64,000 nt of DNA, taken from NCBI RefSeq assembly GCF_009914755.1, contig NC_060927.1; one strand, 5' to 3'. Each line of letters starts with the position of its first letter. Positions within the stretch are counted from its first letter, which is position 1. Origin of the DNA: the human T2T-CHM13v2.0 reference genome, Homo sapiens. Positions 62,228-64,000 of the stretch are shown here, piece by piece. The notes beneath the pieces were generated by a model, which was not told the DNA's origin, did not search any database, and saw only the letters and a program-made list of their open reading frames with translations. The position numbers and the translations under genes were made by a program.

Positions 62228-62670
62228 TGTCTTATGTTTTGGCCTCCCCCCGAAGTAGGCCCTGTGATAAAGATTTGGATGCAAGTGGTTTGTCTGGGGG
62301 AAGGTCTCAGGAAGCACTGGTAGGGGGCTCGAGAAGGAAGAAAGAAAAGAGGAGGCAGCTCACAAAGTGTGCTAATGGTCAGGGTCCTACTGCGGACATT
62401 AGAGACTCTATTCTGCCGAGGACCTCTGGGAAATAGGGAAGCTGTGCCTGAGAGCTTCCTCTCCCAAGGGGTGAGGAATATGCTTATTCACCTAGTCATT
62501 GCCATCCATCACTGACTGAGAGTTGCCTTAGAAATACTCATTCCACCTCAGTTCTGAGTTCAGTTTGCAGACAGAGTATGTGCTTGAGGCCAGACAAGCT
62601 ATGTGGGGAGCAGCTTCAGTGTGCACAGATGAGTGCTGAGGGGAGATGAGGAGACTACAGTCCTGCTACA
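62228..62670 (-). mobile_element. ERVL LTR (LTR16-like)
   Basis: tgtcttatg...ccgaagtaggccctgtgataaagatttggatgcaagtggtttgtctgg...caggaagcactgg. Confidence 0.62.
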
Positions 62671-62789
62671 GGACAAGTGTCAGGTAGAGAACCTGGCTCA
62701 CAATGGGTTTTCAATAAATGTCTGTAACGTTCAATCTACTCTTTCTTAAAATCTCCTGTGGCCAGATTCTATTCTTTAAGTCGACTCTG

Positions 62790-63110
62790 GCTATGCTAGG
62801 TGATTCCTCCAAAAGGGGTGAGACAGAGTTTTGAGGACAAGTGGTTTATTTGGGAGATGACAGCAGAAGGCAACAATCGGGAAGGGGGAAGTGAGGCAGG
62901 GAAGAACAGGCAGCCAGTAGAGGGTATGTTACAGATCAGAGTTCTGCTGTGGGTGACTGAGGCTCAATCCCTCAGGGGGACCCTGGGACAGTGCAGGGCA
63001 CACCTCAGAATCAATCATCTGTGCAAAGGAGCAAGGATGCTGTAGGATGTTTGTCCACCAAGTCCCTGTCAGTCACCGGATGGTGGCTGCTTTGGAGCAT
63101 TATCTCTCCA
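62790..63110 (-). mobile_element. ERVL LTR (LTR16-like), second adjacent copy
   Basis: tgagacagagttttgaggacaagtggtttatttgggagatg...gggaagtgaggcagggaag...ggctcaatccc...cacacctcag. Confidence 0.62.
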
Positions 63111-64000
63111 GTGTGAGGGAGAAACGTTGCTAATCTCTCTCCTTGCCATCATGTTTCAGGATGTGGTTAACCCAAACTGAGAGCTCTTAAAGTCCTGGTC
63201 TACCCAGATTAGGAATTAGAAGTTAGTGAATTTTGCCCAGCTCCTAAGTACGTATCCTCTTTTATCAGAAAGCAGTGTAATCAAGTTCTGGAAAAGCACA
63301 GTACATTTGGGCTTTGGCCTCCCATTCCCCGTTAAGACACCACGGCACTAGCCCTGTCCTTCCTGATCTGCCAAAGGCGACATGTTTGCCTGACCCTGCC
63401 TGACTATGCAGACACCTATGTCATCCCGACAGAGCCTCCAGCAGACTCTCAGGATGAAAATCCTGTTCATCTCAGTAAAAACGTCCTCTGCCATGTGTTG
63501 TTCACAAGCCACATCCACAGGGCAAGCACATCCCAGAGAACTGAAATTCTAGTTGCTAATGCTAAATGCATTTTCAGGAATGCTTTAAAGTTGAACCACA
63601 CTGAATCAAACTCAGGGCTCACATTTCTGGTGAGCTCACCCCATCCTGGTTGGGTTATATTAACTTCGTAGTAGTGTAAACACTTGGAACCAAGATGAAA
63701 CAGAGACGGCTCTGCCAGCACCAGGCTGCTTTATAGACAGGGGTGCACTCACTGGGAAAAGGTGAGTTGCCTGTGGGATCAGTCCAATGCCATCACCTTC
63801 TGGAAACTCGTTGTCACAGAATAGCCCTAATGCAATTGGCTTGGGAAGAGGTATTTATGACATCACCTTTGCATGTACTCTTCCTTCTAAAAACATGTAA
63901 AATATGTTTTAAATTAATTCCTATTCTCAGCTATTCTTTTTCTACCTCTGCATCCTGTGCTCAAGCCACTCTAGTTTATAGGCTATTCACAGAGTCATCA

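Overview
This is primate, most likely human, non-coding genomic DNA. It is AT-rich, CpG-depleted and has no CpG island, and roughly half or more derives from transposable elements. I find no credible cellular protein-coding gene, RNA gene or processed pseudogene; the interpretable ORFs are LINE-1 remnants or chance ORFs in Alu/LTR sequence. The elements are 13 Alu/FLAM copies, several L1s (L1PA7/8-type 5'UTR, L1PA3, L1MA, L1MC/MD), MaLR LTRs (THE1, MST, MLT1), ERV1 LTRs (MER52, MER57-group), about seven LTR16-like ERVL LTRs, hAT-Charlie MITEs, L2/MIR relics and two GATA-type STRs. I see no evidence of a new multi-gene system. The best leads are (1) an open 77-aa ORF0 homologue with strong Kozak context in the antisense 5'UTR of an old L1PA, (2) a twin-primed, 5'-inverted L1PA3 with a 14-bp TSD, a 12-bp junction duplication and a possible tiny 3' transduction, (3) an L1MA with both ends but with EN and most of RT deleted from the ORF2 start, and (4) several template-switch/fold-back scars. 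Subfamily names come from recalled consensus sequences, not a database search, and boundaries of old repeats are approximate.
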